A stretch of 63,322 nucleotides of DNA, the filler included, from Lenisia limosa (lineage: Eukaryota > Protista > Breviatea): the NCBI GenBank assembly GCA_001655205.1. It is 10 parts of 10 records of this genome, joined end to end, with 100 filler letters (N's around TTAATTAATTAA, not from the genome) between each part and the next. Parts side by side here need not be neighbours in the genome. Positions count along the whole stretch, not along the records: positions 1 to 23,562 come from LPNZ01011668.1; positions 23,663 to 28,251 come from LPNZ01007485.1; 8 more parts are not named here. One strand, 5' to 3'. Position 1 is the stretch's first letter, and every line of letters begins with the position of its first letter. A program made the translations under genes and the position numbers. Of this stretch, positions 12,271-25,218 are shown piece by piece. The notes under the pieces are model-generated. The model did no database searches, was not told the origin of the DNA, and worked only from the letters and a program-made list of their open reading frames with translations.

Positions 12271-12939
12271 ACAACGACGTTAAGTGCTGTATTTGGGGAG
12301 GCACGCAGAAAGCTGTGTGCTGTATGATGATAGGTGAATTAATACTATACTATATTCAATATCTCTCTTTTATGCGTGATTATGGACGGTTTCGGCCATT
12401 TTTTTAATTTCTCAATGTTATATCATTGATAGTGTATGAATAGTTTTCAACTTGCCACATAAGGAAGGCAGGTTTCAATATATTATTGTAGTAATTTTTG
12501 TGGAATTGCTGACTATTTTAGAAAATTGGACACACCTTCACTGCCCTATAAACTGCCTCTAGATTATTGTTGGACAATACACCTAAGCATCACCTTTATT
12601 CTAGCTACTGCATCGCACTCTTAATCAGATCCAAGCTCCAGCAAAAGTATATATAATATCATATAGTATGTATTATACGTCTCATCAAGCATTTGTGCTG
12701 GCAAATTCATCTATGCACATGCCCAAGCACATGGCAACGTTGAACTCACATTCTGAAAACTTGACCGCCGGTCCAATTATTCGTTTGAAATAGTCAAAAA
12801 GAATGGAAAAATGATTTGAAAAAAAAAAAAAAAAAAAAAAANNNNNNNNNNNNNNNNNNNNNNNNNNNNNNNNNNNNNNNNNNNNNNNNNNNNNNNNNNN
12901 NNNNNNNNNNNNNNNNNNNNNNNNNNNNNNNNNNNNACA

Positions 12940-15900
12940 TTACAATAAATAGTCAAGGAACATGGTGTGGAATATCCGAAGGAACGCAACAGAATCCAAA
13001 AACGACACGTGCGCCGCCCGGCCTGGGCTGGTCAGGGGTAGTGTGCGGGTAAGTTTTGGAAGGCTGTGGAAAGAGGGAAAAGTCCAAAATGGATGAAATA
13101 TCAATACGATGAAGAAGCCATACTTAAGTAATACATACGATGTAGAAGCTCTGCTTAAGTTATCAATACGATGAAGAAACCATACTTGAGTTATCAATAT
13201 GATGAAGAAGCTATAAGTTGTTTTACATTAACGACTGAATGAAGAGCCGTATTCATTTTAGTGACATCCCCACCCCCACCAAGGGCCGAATCCAGCGATG
13301 CAGAGAAGTCAAAGATGATATCGAAGCGATCCACAGTGGTGTGGTGCAGGATATGAGACAGCCTCGCCACCATCCGAAGGCTCTGTCGATCTACTGTGTC
13401 ATTTCCCCTTTCTCAGATCAACTTTGAATCGTCAATAAACACCAAATCCTTCCCTTGCCTTGAATACTGTGTAAAAATGAAGCTTAAAACGTTTAAGAAA
13501 TATACTACATAATAATTTTCATCATAAACATTATTGGCAACATAAGCCTAAGAAGCGCCTTTATCGGCAACGACCGCCATAAACCTCCCCTTAGCCAAAC
13601 CTGAGGATGACTTGCCGCAAGGAGGGGACATGGTTGCTGAAGCAAAAGATGAGTAACTGTCCTGTTCCGACCCCACGAGAATCAGCCGTTTGAAGAGCGA
13701 TATCGCTGAAAAACAGGTTAACTTTCGACTTTTAACTCTCATCACAACATAGATCTGCAACCCCACAAACAAGGGTGCGAGCAGAGGCCTTCGAGTAGAG
13801 GGTTGGGCCCGTCATGGAGGCTGATTTGGGCAATAGAGGACGAAGCCGGTCGGATGCGACGAAGGAACCACATTGCTGCGGAATAAGGACAGCTATATTA
13901 TAATATATCATACATCATATTTATTAATAGTATCACATGCATGGTGAAGCTTTGGAGGAAACCTGGTGAATGATTGAAGGAAATACGAGGATAAGGTGGA
14001 AAATAGGAAGGGGAAGAAATAAGTGATGGGGTCAGCTTCGATCATTGTCTAATGTCTATTGACGTGAAAAGAGTTAAAATACTGGGAAAACCAAACAGTG
14101 AGAAATGATAAAACAAAAGCCAGTCACCATGGACTATCCAATTCTGTTACGGTTGCTCCCCTCCCACCGCCAGAGACGACAGCAGATCCGCCGCTCTTGG
14201 TCCCGAGATGGGGGGTTGACAGGGTAGTGAAGACGTGCAGGGACGGCAGCAAGGGGGCCATTAAATGGCTGCAGAGGGCTGCACGGACCACCAAGCCTCC
14301 GAGCGAATGCGCTACAAAACTGGGGGGGGGGGGNNNNNNNNNNNNNNNNNNNNNNNNNNNNNNNNNNNNNNNNNNNNNNNNNNNNNNNNNNNNNNNNNNN
14401 NNNNNNNNNNNNNNNNNNNNAATGTATATCGTGTTCGAAAATTGGCGGGAGGGAATACAGGTTCAAAGCCAATTCAGAACGCCCTTTTACAATAGTATTC
14501 AATAGCAAAACAAAACCATTCCCATATTCCCCTTCACTTATTTAAATAAAACGAGTCCCAACACAAAAACAGTACAGCAAGGCCCTCCCACCTGAGTTTC
14601 TTAACAACAAGGTCGTATGTGATGATGAATTCAGCGATTTCTGCAGCCAACCGTGCACCCTAATACCATTGACTGATTGTTCTCTCCAGGTAGAGAAAAA
14701 AGACTGGCAAAATATCTCGTGCCATCAAAATAGTTCTGTAGGTTCTTGACATCATGTCACATGTATATCCTTGATATCCCACATTTCTAACTATAATACT
14801 CTGATACACATTGGGGCTGTTCATATATATCTCTGGAATGTTCACATGATAGAGCTCAACTACCGACTTGGAGTGTTCATATCTCTATCTCTTACTTGGA
14901 TGATTATATCACTGCTTACTTGGAATGTTATGTCGTCGAATGTTTTGCCTTCGTTCGTAACACTCAGAAGAGTCTCGATCTTGTCAAACTTTGTTTTGGG
15001 GTGGACCTGCGGAGTAACTGGCTGTAAACCAAAAATCTTCATAGACAAGAAATATGAGAAGAAGGTTCTCGACTGATAGATATTTTTCCAGTATGTTGAA
15101 AAGAGCAAAGGGGACCAACCTCCTCTTGTTCGAGGAAGGACAAGATGAACTGATCGCGGACAATGGAAAGGTCGTGTCTTGATCCTAAGGGGGGGGGGGG
15201 TAAAATTGGAAAATTTATGAAACAAAAATNNNNNNNNNNNNNNNNNNNNNNNNNNNNNNNNNNNNNNNNNNNNNNCTATCAAATGAGCACAAAAATGATA
15301 GTAAAAAAAGGTTCCCACCTTGTAGTCCGTGAACAAAGACAATGAAATGGCAGCCCGTGGTAGGAGGCCCGGCAACCTCAAGCGTCTTGTTGAAGAACTT
15401 GCCTAATGCGTAAGTTTTAGGAGGAATAAAACATCATTCTATTTTGATGAGAAGCCTCGTGATGTTACAAAGCATATAATATTCAGTAAGATGCTGGCAC
15501 AGTAGATCTCGAGATCAAGGTGATGTAACACTGATTCCAGTGGCCTGCAGCCCCGTACCGTCAGAAGCAAGCTCAACGGACTCGCGGATCAGTGCTGCCT
15601 GTAGGGCCAACTGCTCCGATGACGTGGCACTTTCAACCTCGCGGCTGACTATGATGTCGGAGAGACTCACTGTTGATGCTTCGACTGAGAGTGGTTAATG
15701 CCACTAATGTAATGGTGTATTTAAAAACGAACAAAGAAAATAGCATTGGGAGAAGCTAGCAGTCTCAAGAAATTTAACAATATTAGAGCTAGGAACAGAC
15801 AAATACCATTATTAACACTTGATTGCGTGATGTCCACTGCGCTGTTCACAAATTTTTCCTGCTGCATTGTTAAAACACCGAGGTTTTTAGCTGCGGTTGT

Positions 15901-18900
15901 TGGAGCTTATCAAGGAATTCAACAGATGCATATGATATATGTATGTGAAGACTTCAGTTTTCAGTCTGTCCTAAGATAGGCCACTTCATTTTTACCCCCC
16001 GCCCCCAACCTGAGTACCAAGTTTGAATGAACTGTCCTCCTCAAAATGCGCACGAGGCCTTCGACCCTCATCGGAGGAATTCGAATTGGTCCGGTCCGGC
16101 TGCTGAACTCCCGTATCGCCTTGGTGGAAGTACTCATCTCCATCCGAGCCACTGTCATGGGGGGTACAACTGCGATCATCGTCGGCCTCGGGGTTCTATG
16201 AAATGACTAGGAGAACAAGATGAAAAGCTTGGGATCTGATTGATGCATGTCAACCAGAATAGATAAAACAGCAATGAGAAATAAAAATAAGGNNNNNNNN
16301 NNNNNNNNNNNNNNNNNNNNNNNNNNNNNNNNNNNNNNNNNNNNNNNNNNNNNNNNNNNNNNNNNNNNNNNNNNNNNNNNNNNNNNNNNNNNNNNNGATA
16401 GTGAATCTGAATCCATAAGGAACACGCTATGAAAGATGGATTCAAGAATTTGCGACTTCAGAAGAGAGTTATGCTGATTCCACTGCATTTTTCACCAAGT
16501 AAATGATCAGCTTATTCTCTATTGAGAAGAAACGAGATTTTGCTGTGCAGTATGAAAATAAGCATATTAATAACATCTCAAACCTTGATTTTCATCAGCA
16601 TTGACCTGGAGGTCTGGTGACGACGCCGGAGATGGCGAATTCATGACGGGCTTACTGGGAGGCGGCAGAATCTGGGTTATTATCTCACTGGAGGGGTTGG
16701 TAGGTATTTCAGATAACCAGTGAAATGGTTCTTATTGTCATTTCAAATGTGGATTGGAAAAGGGGCTTCAGAGTGGAGCTCTGTCGAAAAATACAATCTG
16801 TTTGCAACCCGAAGATGATTAAGAACCCTATCAAACCTGATGGAAGAAGAACGGCTTGGTTAGTTCAGCAGCGTCAAGTTGCATTGAAATTGCGACAGGC
16901 TCTCGCTGCTTGTAGTAGGGCTGTCGTCTCACACGTCTGACGATAGCCGTGTCGCTGACGTCACTGCAATGTGAGAAGTTGTCCATAAACGTGTTATAAA
17001 GTGGGGGGCTTCAGTCTGAGAAAAGGCGAATTGCCCAAGAGAAACGTTACATCAATGCTTGCTGCTGACTGAAGTGCTGTGACAAAAATCGGATAGTTGG
17101 TCTTATCCCAAAGAACCTCCTGTGATACAGGGTCCCCTTGAGCTGCATATTGTGGATTATTCATTAGTATCAGGTGAATTCACCATCTTTCCATTGGGGT
17201 GGCCCCCAAACCTTGATTTCGGAAGGTTGGTGAGCCCTCCTGTGAGGTTCTCTTGAAACACCCTGTCCTTCCAATGTCTATAAAGTAAGTATAATATTAC
17301 ACTACATACGAAATACATATGATGCAGTAAAGTATTTATCATGAACCAGCTGTGAATACAGCCCTCTGCAATTGTGTGAATCAAAAATTTCTTGCACATA
17401 TGAATTTGTATTTTCTATATCATAGAAAGGGGGAAGGGGGCAACATAAAATGGGACAAGGTGTTTACCCATCTCAGCAAAGGGCTTTTGCTCCTTAGTCC
17501 GGTGGAAACTTAGACGTATTTGGGTATCACAATTCAAGCCTCCCATCTCATACTCAGTCAGGTTCTTGAGGTGGCTTTTGAGGAGATGTCTCCCCTCTTC
17601 CTTCAACACTAAGGACAGGAGGGACAGAAATGTATGCCACAATGTAAACACCTGGGCATGTGAATAGTGCAAGTTGCAATTAGCATAGCTGCGTCTACTC
17701 CCCTTATATGGCCTTATGGCCCCTTAATAGGATATCTATCTATTCCCCCGTCACACACCCCACCTGGTCCCCCGTAAAGTGAATCGCGGAAAGCACTCGA
17801 GACGAACTGGAGTATTAACAAAAGTTGCCTGTAGATGCGAAATGACATTTCGAAACAAGAAGGACAAGACAACTATCATGTTCATTCGTACCTCGTGATG
17901 GTACTGACGCTTGTCATACTATATGCCATTGAAGTTTCTGAGTTTTGCCGTGAAAAGTTGGTTGCAAACGACCTGGAAGGAGTCAAGACGGAAGAATTAT
18001 TGGATGATCAATAGATAAGCAGGGAGTGGGGTGGGAGATAAGCAAAGAACAACCTGCGAGAGAAAAAAAAGTGACTTGTAACCCAGGATCAATCAACCCT
18101 CCGACCCTGTATCTGGCGCGGCCTCCTGGGACAAGCGGCATTCCATATCGGGAAAAGGCGGGCCCTCTTCGGAAAACGACGTCGGCTGACTGTCGCAAGA
18201 GGGGGTGCCGGGGTCCGGGGATTCGCACTGATGGGAGTTAGGGGGGTTGTTGAATCGAAACCGCTATGAATGAATGAAATATTTATCATAAAATCACAAG
18301 ATCAATGATCGGATATGCGTCACGGAAGATCCAAAAATAGCCAACATGAGAGGTGCATATGGCCGGCTGGCTTTCGAACTTGGCTTCTTCGGGCACGGAT
18401 GAACAGAGGTTGGATGGATGGGATTGTGATATTGAGGCTGGGATGAGGGCAATGGGTGGAGGGCCTTGGTGGCGTGGGCTCGCAGGGGGCTGAAGCAATA
18501 AAAGAAGTGCATGGTAAATAGAACACAAAACGACAACCGCCTCATTACCACTTAGAGGATAAGGAATCTGTAACTTCGATTGTATTGGTTCGTGACCTCA
18601 TTCGTATCCTATTTCACCAAAAACATCCCCCCCTCAGGACCACACCTCTTTCTTTCTTCTTTGAACCCCTATGCCCCGCCCTACTGCTGAGGCTTGGCTT
18701 GACAATGATAATGTTGATGATACGTGAGGAATGCTGCTCTCCATTGACATTCGTCTGGGGGACTGGGCGGATACGGTAAAGGGATAAAAGGGAAATACAG
18801 AGATGTTATGGAAACACAGAGATTTGTCAAGTTTTAGAGACAGTTTCCGACCATAGATAGAAGTCCAGGTATGACCACAGATTGAATAGATGGTAGAAAA

Positions 18901-21900
18901 GAGAAGAATATTTACACCTAGCAAGTCGAGAGAAACAAAATTCGCGTACCGGTCGTCGAGGGGTCATACTCGGGACAACAGACAAAAGACTAGAGATCAG
19001 CGTTGGCGGCTGGTTTTCTAGCACCCGTGGCGGGAGGAAACTAGCCGGTTGAAGGTCTCGGTGCTGGAAGGCCCTATAGTATCATGGAAGATGGTCACTC
19101 GAGAACAACCAACCCCACGCAAACCGCTCTAGTATAGCAAGCTCTTCAACGGTAAAGTGCTGTTCAAGACCCTTGACTAAGTGGTTTATGTACTCGTGAG
19201 AAGCAGCCTGGCCGGTGAGAAAGCCACAAAACGTCAACAGAACCAAATAAAATATTCAAAACACGCTCGTTATGTTTCATCTTATTCCTCTTTGAATGTA
19301 TCTCAAAAGACCCGAAAAATATGATCATTATCGACGTAGTCATTTTTCGGGGTGAAGGTCTACGCATAACCCACAAAATACGAATGACAAGACTGCCACA
19401 GGTTGTGCAGCCGCGAGGACGCCCACGACACCTCTGACATTTCAGGCTGCAGAATGAGTTATAGAGAAATGAAAGTTGTGAAGAAATAGGAGCTGTGAAT
19501 AAGGTTTCGCTCAGAAAATATATCGATAGTTTTCGAGGATTTATAGAGAAATTCAGTCTTATTTTTCGGACCAAAGTGAAGCCCGAGTTATAAAGAAATG
19601 CGAGTTGTGAAGAAATGTGAGTATATAAACAGGTTGATGAAGACGTCTACATCTCTCCAGTATCTGTATTTCGCGATTTCATGTTTTTAATGATGATCAA
19701 AAGCAAGATTAATAAAGCAGAAGCGTCATAGAGATTGTATATATGAAATTCCCCCTCAACACACATCAAAGTCATGCCGGGCTATATAGACCGGCTTGCT
19801 TCCTAGTGTTTGCCCAAGGCCTTTTAAACTCTGTTGTCTTGTCATCGGGTGCTCCTCTTCGGGCGAAGCTGAGGGGGATAAAAAGCTGCCGCTTCTGCAG
19901 CACCTCACCCCATGGGGGTAAAAAGGGAATGTATACAAAAGAAAACCCAGCTCTCTTTACTCCAGATTTGAGAAACACACAAACATAGAGAGGCCTATTT
20001 ACTGTTTATATTAAAGTCTAGGAAATAATGTAATTTCTTCTCTTGAGGAAGTCACAAAAATTATCAGAAAAAGCTGCGGAACAAATTGCCGTCAATAAGG
20101 ACCAAAATACGATCTGCTTCTCAGTTTTTTTACATCAATATTGGGGGGGGGGGTGATGTTGGTAGTTACTGTCACATTTTATTTCCTTTGACTGGTTGTC
20201 AGTCCCTGATAAGTCCTCACTCAAACGCATTAACTCACAGTTAGGAGGGAGAATGGTGACGATAGCGGGGGTGGGTGGCTTGGACGNNNNNNNNNNNNNN
20301 NNNNNNNNNNNNNNNNNNNNNNNNNNNNNNNNNNNNNNNNNNNNNNNNNNNNNNNNNNNNNNNNNNNNNNNNNNNNNNNNNNNNNNAGGCTGTGGGGTTT
20401 GGATGTATCACAACGGAACTCTTTTGCTGCTGAAAGGGAAGGGGTTAAACAAGGAATGGATTGTTATTATACGAAAAGACAGACAACATTGTTACCAAAA
20501 CAGCTATCCTTCAAACCTTCCGTTGCTTGCCAAGGTTCTTGTAAGGCCTTAATAGAGTTAGAAAACCAGAATTGTACACAGGACTGTGACAAATATATAA
20601 TATATGTATATCTGTATAATATATCACACCGTCCATATTGATTGACAACATTATTATTTTGGTGAGATTGCTGCTTATTTGTCTAGCATCTGGTAAAATG
20701 TAAAATATATCAATTTCTTTTTCATAAAAATAGGTTAAACCTTTGTTTTCTGTCGTACATGTTTTTGTTTGTTTTTAATTGAAGTAAATTCTGAAGATGA
20801 TCCCCAAATGAAATGAATTAACATTATATGATAAATACTGTGATATTCAACTTTTTTTATCAAGGAAAAGGTTCATTTGGCTTGTTTTCACAGATAGAGA
20901 AAATTCACAGATATATGGACGGTGATGTATTTACAGAACCGCAGAGATGCTGTATCTTTATCATACATAATAAAAAAAAAACAATGGAAGCCCCCCCCCC
21001 CCCNNNNNNNNNNNNNNNNNNNNNNNNNNNNNNNNNNNNNNNNNNNNNNNNNNNNNNNNNNNNNNNNNNNNNNNNNNNNNNNNNGCCGAGTGGATCGTCA
21101 AACTCGCTCTGATCATACTGTTCTAATGGGTAAGTAATGCTAACATAGAAGCATAAAAAACATCGTCCAGACCTCTTCGAAGAAGAGACTGTATCCCTCT
21201 GATAAGCCAGGGAGTAACGAGTTCAGCTTGAGAACTCGAGTGGAGACATTGGTAAAGGAAGAGATGTCGTTGAGGGTTGTGATCTCATCGTCTGTGCAAG
21301 GTGAGAAGTAACAAATAACGACAGGGTACTCGTTCCAAGCTGCATTATTTCACACCTTCCCTTGCACATATACATATGTACATATATGCATATATATCGA
21401 TATATCATATATACTAGTACATGAGAAATGAAAAATAAGGTTGTATCTGGCAGAAGCCGTTCCATAATACATATACTTCCCCCTCATCTCTATGCTCTTC
21501 TGATTAAACACCAGCACCCGAACCATATTCCACGTTCTTCTTGACCGGTCTGAAGCCTAGCGTGAACCGCAGTCTGACATTGGGGTTTGTGAGAAGCACG
21601 CCATCTACTGTCGGCACCCGAACCTGAAGTGTCAATGGCAACGAATTACACAGCCATGTTATACCATCAGAAAGCAATCACAGTATATGAGATCTATTGA
21701 GCCCGTTTTAAAGAAATAATAACCATAATAATAATGGCCTACTTGAAACAAGGCAACTTCTTCAACCGTTACTTTCTCAAACATGTATCTGAAAGGATAA
21801 AGGATGATTTATTTTTCATTTATTTTTGGCTAATAAAAGCAACACAAACCGGAACAAGCTTGTTGAAGTCCTAAACACTGACTCGCCAGTCTCCATCTCA

Positions 21901-22262
21901 ACAGCCTTGCAAGCTGTCAGCGAATGGTATTTCTGATCTAAAAACGTTGAAATTGTGAATAAACATCCTGCTTTTCGTTTTTATTTATTAAAGCTTACTA
22001 TCAGGCTCCTTAACTGTAAAATATCCGTCTAAGGTCGGACGTGAGGCTCCCTTAGGCCCCTCAACTGAAACCTCCAAGAATGCAAACCTGTCGATCTAAG
22101 AGAGAGAACGCAAAGCGCAAGCCAATGGTTTGAAATAACCATACATAATGCAACATTAGACAGGCGTATACGGATAAGAAAGCCCGCAAACCCTTGCTCG
22201 AGGAGGCCGACGTTATGGAGGTTGATCACCCCGACCGAGAGGGCGAGGACCGCCTCAATCAT
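12940..22262 (-). CDS. FAM135-like protein (N-terminal FAM135 domain plus C-terminal DUF676 putative serine esterase), multi-exon
   Basis: Start MIEAVLALSVGVINLHNVGLLEQG|FAFLEVSV (ATG at 22262); NVSTRVLKLN (~21240); HFIVFVHGLQG|SRHDL (~15330-15150); AHSLGGLVVRAAL..LHVFTTLSTPHLG (~14300); SLFKRLILVGSEQDSYSSFASA (~13690); LDSALG|RAAHVSFLDSVAFLRIFHTMFLDYLL-TAA (12940). Motif order matches FAM135A/B as I recall it. Confidence 0.9.
13098..13218. repeat. Degenerate ~30-bp minisatellite (x~4) in the last FAM135-like intron
   Basis: tatcaatacgatgaagaagccatacttaag-like units in tandem. Confidence 0.7.
15183..15229 (-). repeat. Acceptor-anchored intronic repeat, family C
   Basis: Minus strand tttttgtttcataaattttccaattttacccccccccccccttag|GATC; related copies near 10040, 26335, 34925, 35400, 45645, 46045, 46305. 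Confidence 0.8.
19500..19586. mobile_element. hAT-type MITE, family A (degenerate)
   Basis: taaggtttcgct..tatcgatagttttcgaggatttatagagaaattcagtc..ggaccaaagtgaagcccga; flanks gctgtgaa / gttataaa. Confidence 0.75.
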
Positions 22263-22768
22263 TTTGTCCTCCAGCTATTATAAACAAAACGCGAACATCT
22301 CCAGCATCCTACAACGAATAGCAAAAAAAACAGAAACCAAAATCTCTTAAATGGGGTCAAATTTCGAATTTTGACTGACTTGTTTCTATCATTCAGCGGC
22401 AGATTAGCGAATTATGCAATTATAATCTCAACCACCAATACACGTCATCAATATAATTATCACCATATCAATATCATCTTATCACCATATCATCATCATT
22501 TCATCATACCAAATATCATCATATCAATATCATCTTATCAATATCATCTTATCACCAGCGCTCTTATCATCAATAATCTATCATTACCCACCCTACATCT
22601 ACAAAACAAAAAAAACTGACCTTGCGTTGAATTTGACTTGACACCCACCATTTCACCAAAACAGTTATTGCTGTTTACTGTTTCCCATCCCTCTCCAAGT
22701 AGTTAACAAACCAAAAGGTTAATGGTTTTGCAAATTAATTTAGTGAATCCATTCACCAAAAACAAAAA

Positions 22769-22840
22769 AGGGCAGTTCGAGAATTGAACTCGAGACCTAT
22801 CGATCTGCAGTCGATTGCTCTACCCCTGAGCTAACCACCC
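22769..22840 (-). tRNA. tRNA-Cys (GCA), copy 1
   Basis: Minus strand GGGTGGTTAGCTCAGGGGTAGAGCAATCGACTGCAGATCGATAGGTCTCGAGTTCAATTCTCGAACTGCCCT: cloverleaf, anticodon stem ATCGA/TCGAT around CT-GCA-GA, discriminator U, no intron, T-run Pol III terminator directly downstream. Confidence 0.96.
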
Positions 22841-23109
22841 GTTGAGAAATAACCTAAATAAGGCACTTTTAACAAAAACTTGCCTAATAAGGAAAGTAAA
22901 AACAAACAATGCGTAACCCCATATCATATGCTATACTTAATAGTTTTTAAAAAAACATCTTTCACTCTGCTATCCATCCATGGTGCTCTTTCATCAAATA
23001 TTATAAAAATAATCACGCACGTTGGTTAATTGGGTGTGAAAAAATAGGATTAACTTCTGTTGTACTTGGGGAGGTGGAGATGAGATTGTAGATTGTTAGA
23101 ATTGTTAGA

Positions 23110-23245
23110 TTATCCCCAAAATATATTAATCCCCAAAAATATATTAATCCCCAAAAATATATTAATCCCTAAAAATATATTAATCCCTAAAAATATATTA
23201 ATCCCTAAAAATATATTAATCCCCAAAAATATAATCCCCAAAAAG
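23110..23245. repeat. 18-bp minisatellite (x~7) between the tRNA copies
   Basis: attaatccc(c/t)aaaaatat units in tandem. Confidence 0.9.
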
Positions 23246-23320
23246 TTAAATTGACAAAAATCAAAAAGTTCAATTCATTAATATATTTTATTTAGTGAAT
23301 CCATTCACCAAAAACAAAAA

Positions 23321-23392
23321 AGGGCAGTTCGAGAATTGAACTCGAGACCTATCGATCTGCAGTCGATTGCTCTACCCCTGAGCTAACCACCC
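23321..23392 (-). tRNA. tRNA-Cys (GCA), copy 2
   Basis: Same 72-nt sequence as copy 1, 552 bp away, with duplicated flanks. Confidence 0.96.
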
Positions 23393-23562
23393 GCTGAGAA
23401 ATAACCTAAATAAGGCACTTTTAACAAAGACTTGCTTTATAAGGAAAGTAAAAAACATTAGTGCGTAACCCCATGTTCTATTATTATTTATTCCTTTTTT
23501 TCAAGAGTAAGGGTTGAGGTTCTGGGCCACTTTTTTTGAGACCAGTAATGTTTCTAAAAGCA

Positions 23563-23662
23563 NNNNNNNNNNNNNNNNNNNNNNNNNNNNNNNNNNNNNN
23601 NNNNNNTTAATTAATTAANNNNNNNNNNNNNNNNNNNNNNNNNNNNNNNNNNNNNNNNNNNN
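23563..23662. other. Artificial scaffold linker (first of nine)
   Basis: N44-TTAATTAATTAA-N44 with stops in all six frames, repeated identically at nine places. Confidence 0.97.
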
Positions 23663-23790
23663 ACCCTTCGTAGTCACTCATTGAAGCTGGTAACGTTGTG
23701 CCTTTCAGTACAATACACCGCATCCCGCCAAGCAACCTTGTTAGGTGCCGAATTGTCGTACCGGGTAAGAGGGCCTCAAATTATTACGAT

Positions 23791-23884
23791 TAGTGCTTCC
23801 CAACAGTCCAGAAAAGACCGTCAAAATCGATATTTAGGATTTTTTTGAGAAATTCAGTCTTTTTAGGACTGCAGGGAAACCCTT
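23791..23884. mobile_element. hAT-type MITE, family A subfamily 2 (degenerate)
   Basis: tagtgcttcccaacagtccagaaaagac..gagaaattcagtctttttaggactgcagggaaaccctt. Confidence 0.65.
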
Positions 23885-25218
23885 AGCAAGTAATAAATAT
23901 GAAGTGAGCCATATTGTTACAAAAGTAATATTTAAGACATTTAGTTCCAATTGTTCAATAAATTGTTCAAAAAATTGATTGCATAGACTCCTATAAATTT
24001 CCACCAGACCAATTAAAATTCTCTAATTATCATTATACCGTGGGTCGCCTCTAATAATCATTAAACTATATAATTTGGTCCAGCCCAAGCACAATTTTGT
24101 TTTTCTAGAAGTTCTATGGTTTCACAAGTCAAGTAATATGATCACAAAAATCATACATCCTAACTAATTTCAAACTGACAAATTTTCAGCATAATTACCC
24201 CTGAAAGTTCGAAATCAAAACATTTATTATCCAGTTAATATGAAGAAAAGTGCTGCAGCGGCTGGAGTGTACAGTGGGAACAATGTTCTGGTTACCAATA
24301 TCCGAGGTTAGAGGGAGAGGGGTGGGGCTATGTTGGTAGTGAGAGAAGATATTGAAGATGCTCTTAGATTTGAGGGGGAGCTTTTGGCTTTGCAAGAAAC
24401 TCGCTTTATCTTGAATTTCTTTTTTATATCTTGTTGATACCTAACATTGATATTATTGGTGTGTCAGAACACCATTGAGGTGGTTCTGTGGTATTATTAT
24501 TTCATTTTGCAAAAAATAATGTATAAGTAAACCAAACGACCCTTTGGAATAACGCCGCAGGGAGTTATCTAAAAACAATCACTTTTTTACTTTTTAGATA
24601 ACATTGAGTGTGTTTTCGACCGAATATTCCACTTGAGCTTTGAAGTTATCGTAAGCATTTGTGCAGTTGTTATCATGGCTCTTTAGNNNNNNNNNNNNNN
24701 NNNNNNNNNNNNNNNNNNNNNNNNNNNNNNNNNNNNNNNNNNNNNNNNNNNNNNNNNNNNNNNNNNNNNNNNNNNNNNNNNNNNNNNNNNNNNNNNNNNN
24801 NNNNNNNNNNNNNNNNNAACCTATGTCTGCACTATTTGACGGTCATGTATACCTTTTTGACCATTAAAAAATACCAACAAAATCAATTTATTATTGTTTT
24901 ATTCAATGACTTCTGAGCTACAACAAGAGGAAGCGAATGATTTTGTAATCTCTACCAATTTCTATTCTTTATTAACTTCTTGTGTAAAATTTGGCGATGA
25001 GTATTTTTGCCATTTCGCCCAAAATTCTATAAAACTCCACCACCATGTATACCCATCACCCCCTCCCCTCCTGGTATGTATACCTTCTCCTTCTCACCCC
25101 TCGGAGGGACCCCCTCCCCCTCGTTTGGATGACCACCCAGGGTTGGTATTTACATTTTTTTTTATTCCAAATCAGTCGTAGGCTGTATTCCAAAATGAAT
25201 TGATAATTCTTGTTTCAG

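Noticed and set aside
22371-22619. 82-codon Ile/His-rich ORF
   Set aside because: Product of a low-complexity (ATC)n-like tract upstream of the FAM135-like start.
23607-23618. TTAATTAATTAA motif recurring nine times inside N-runs
   Set aside because: Artificial six-frame-stop linker used to concatenate scaffolds; not biological.
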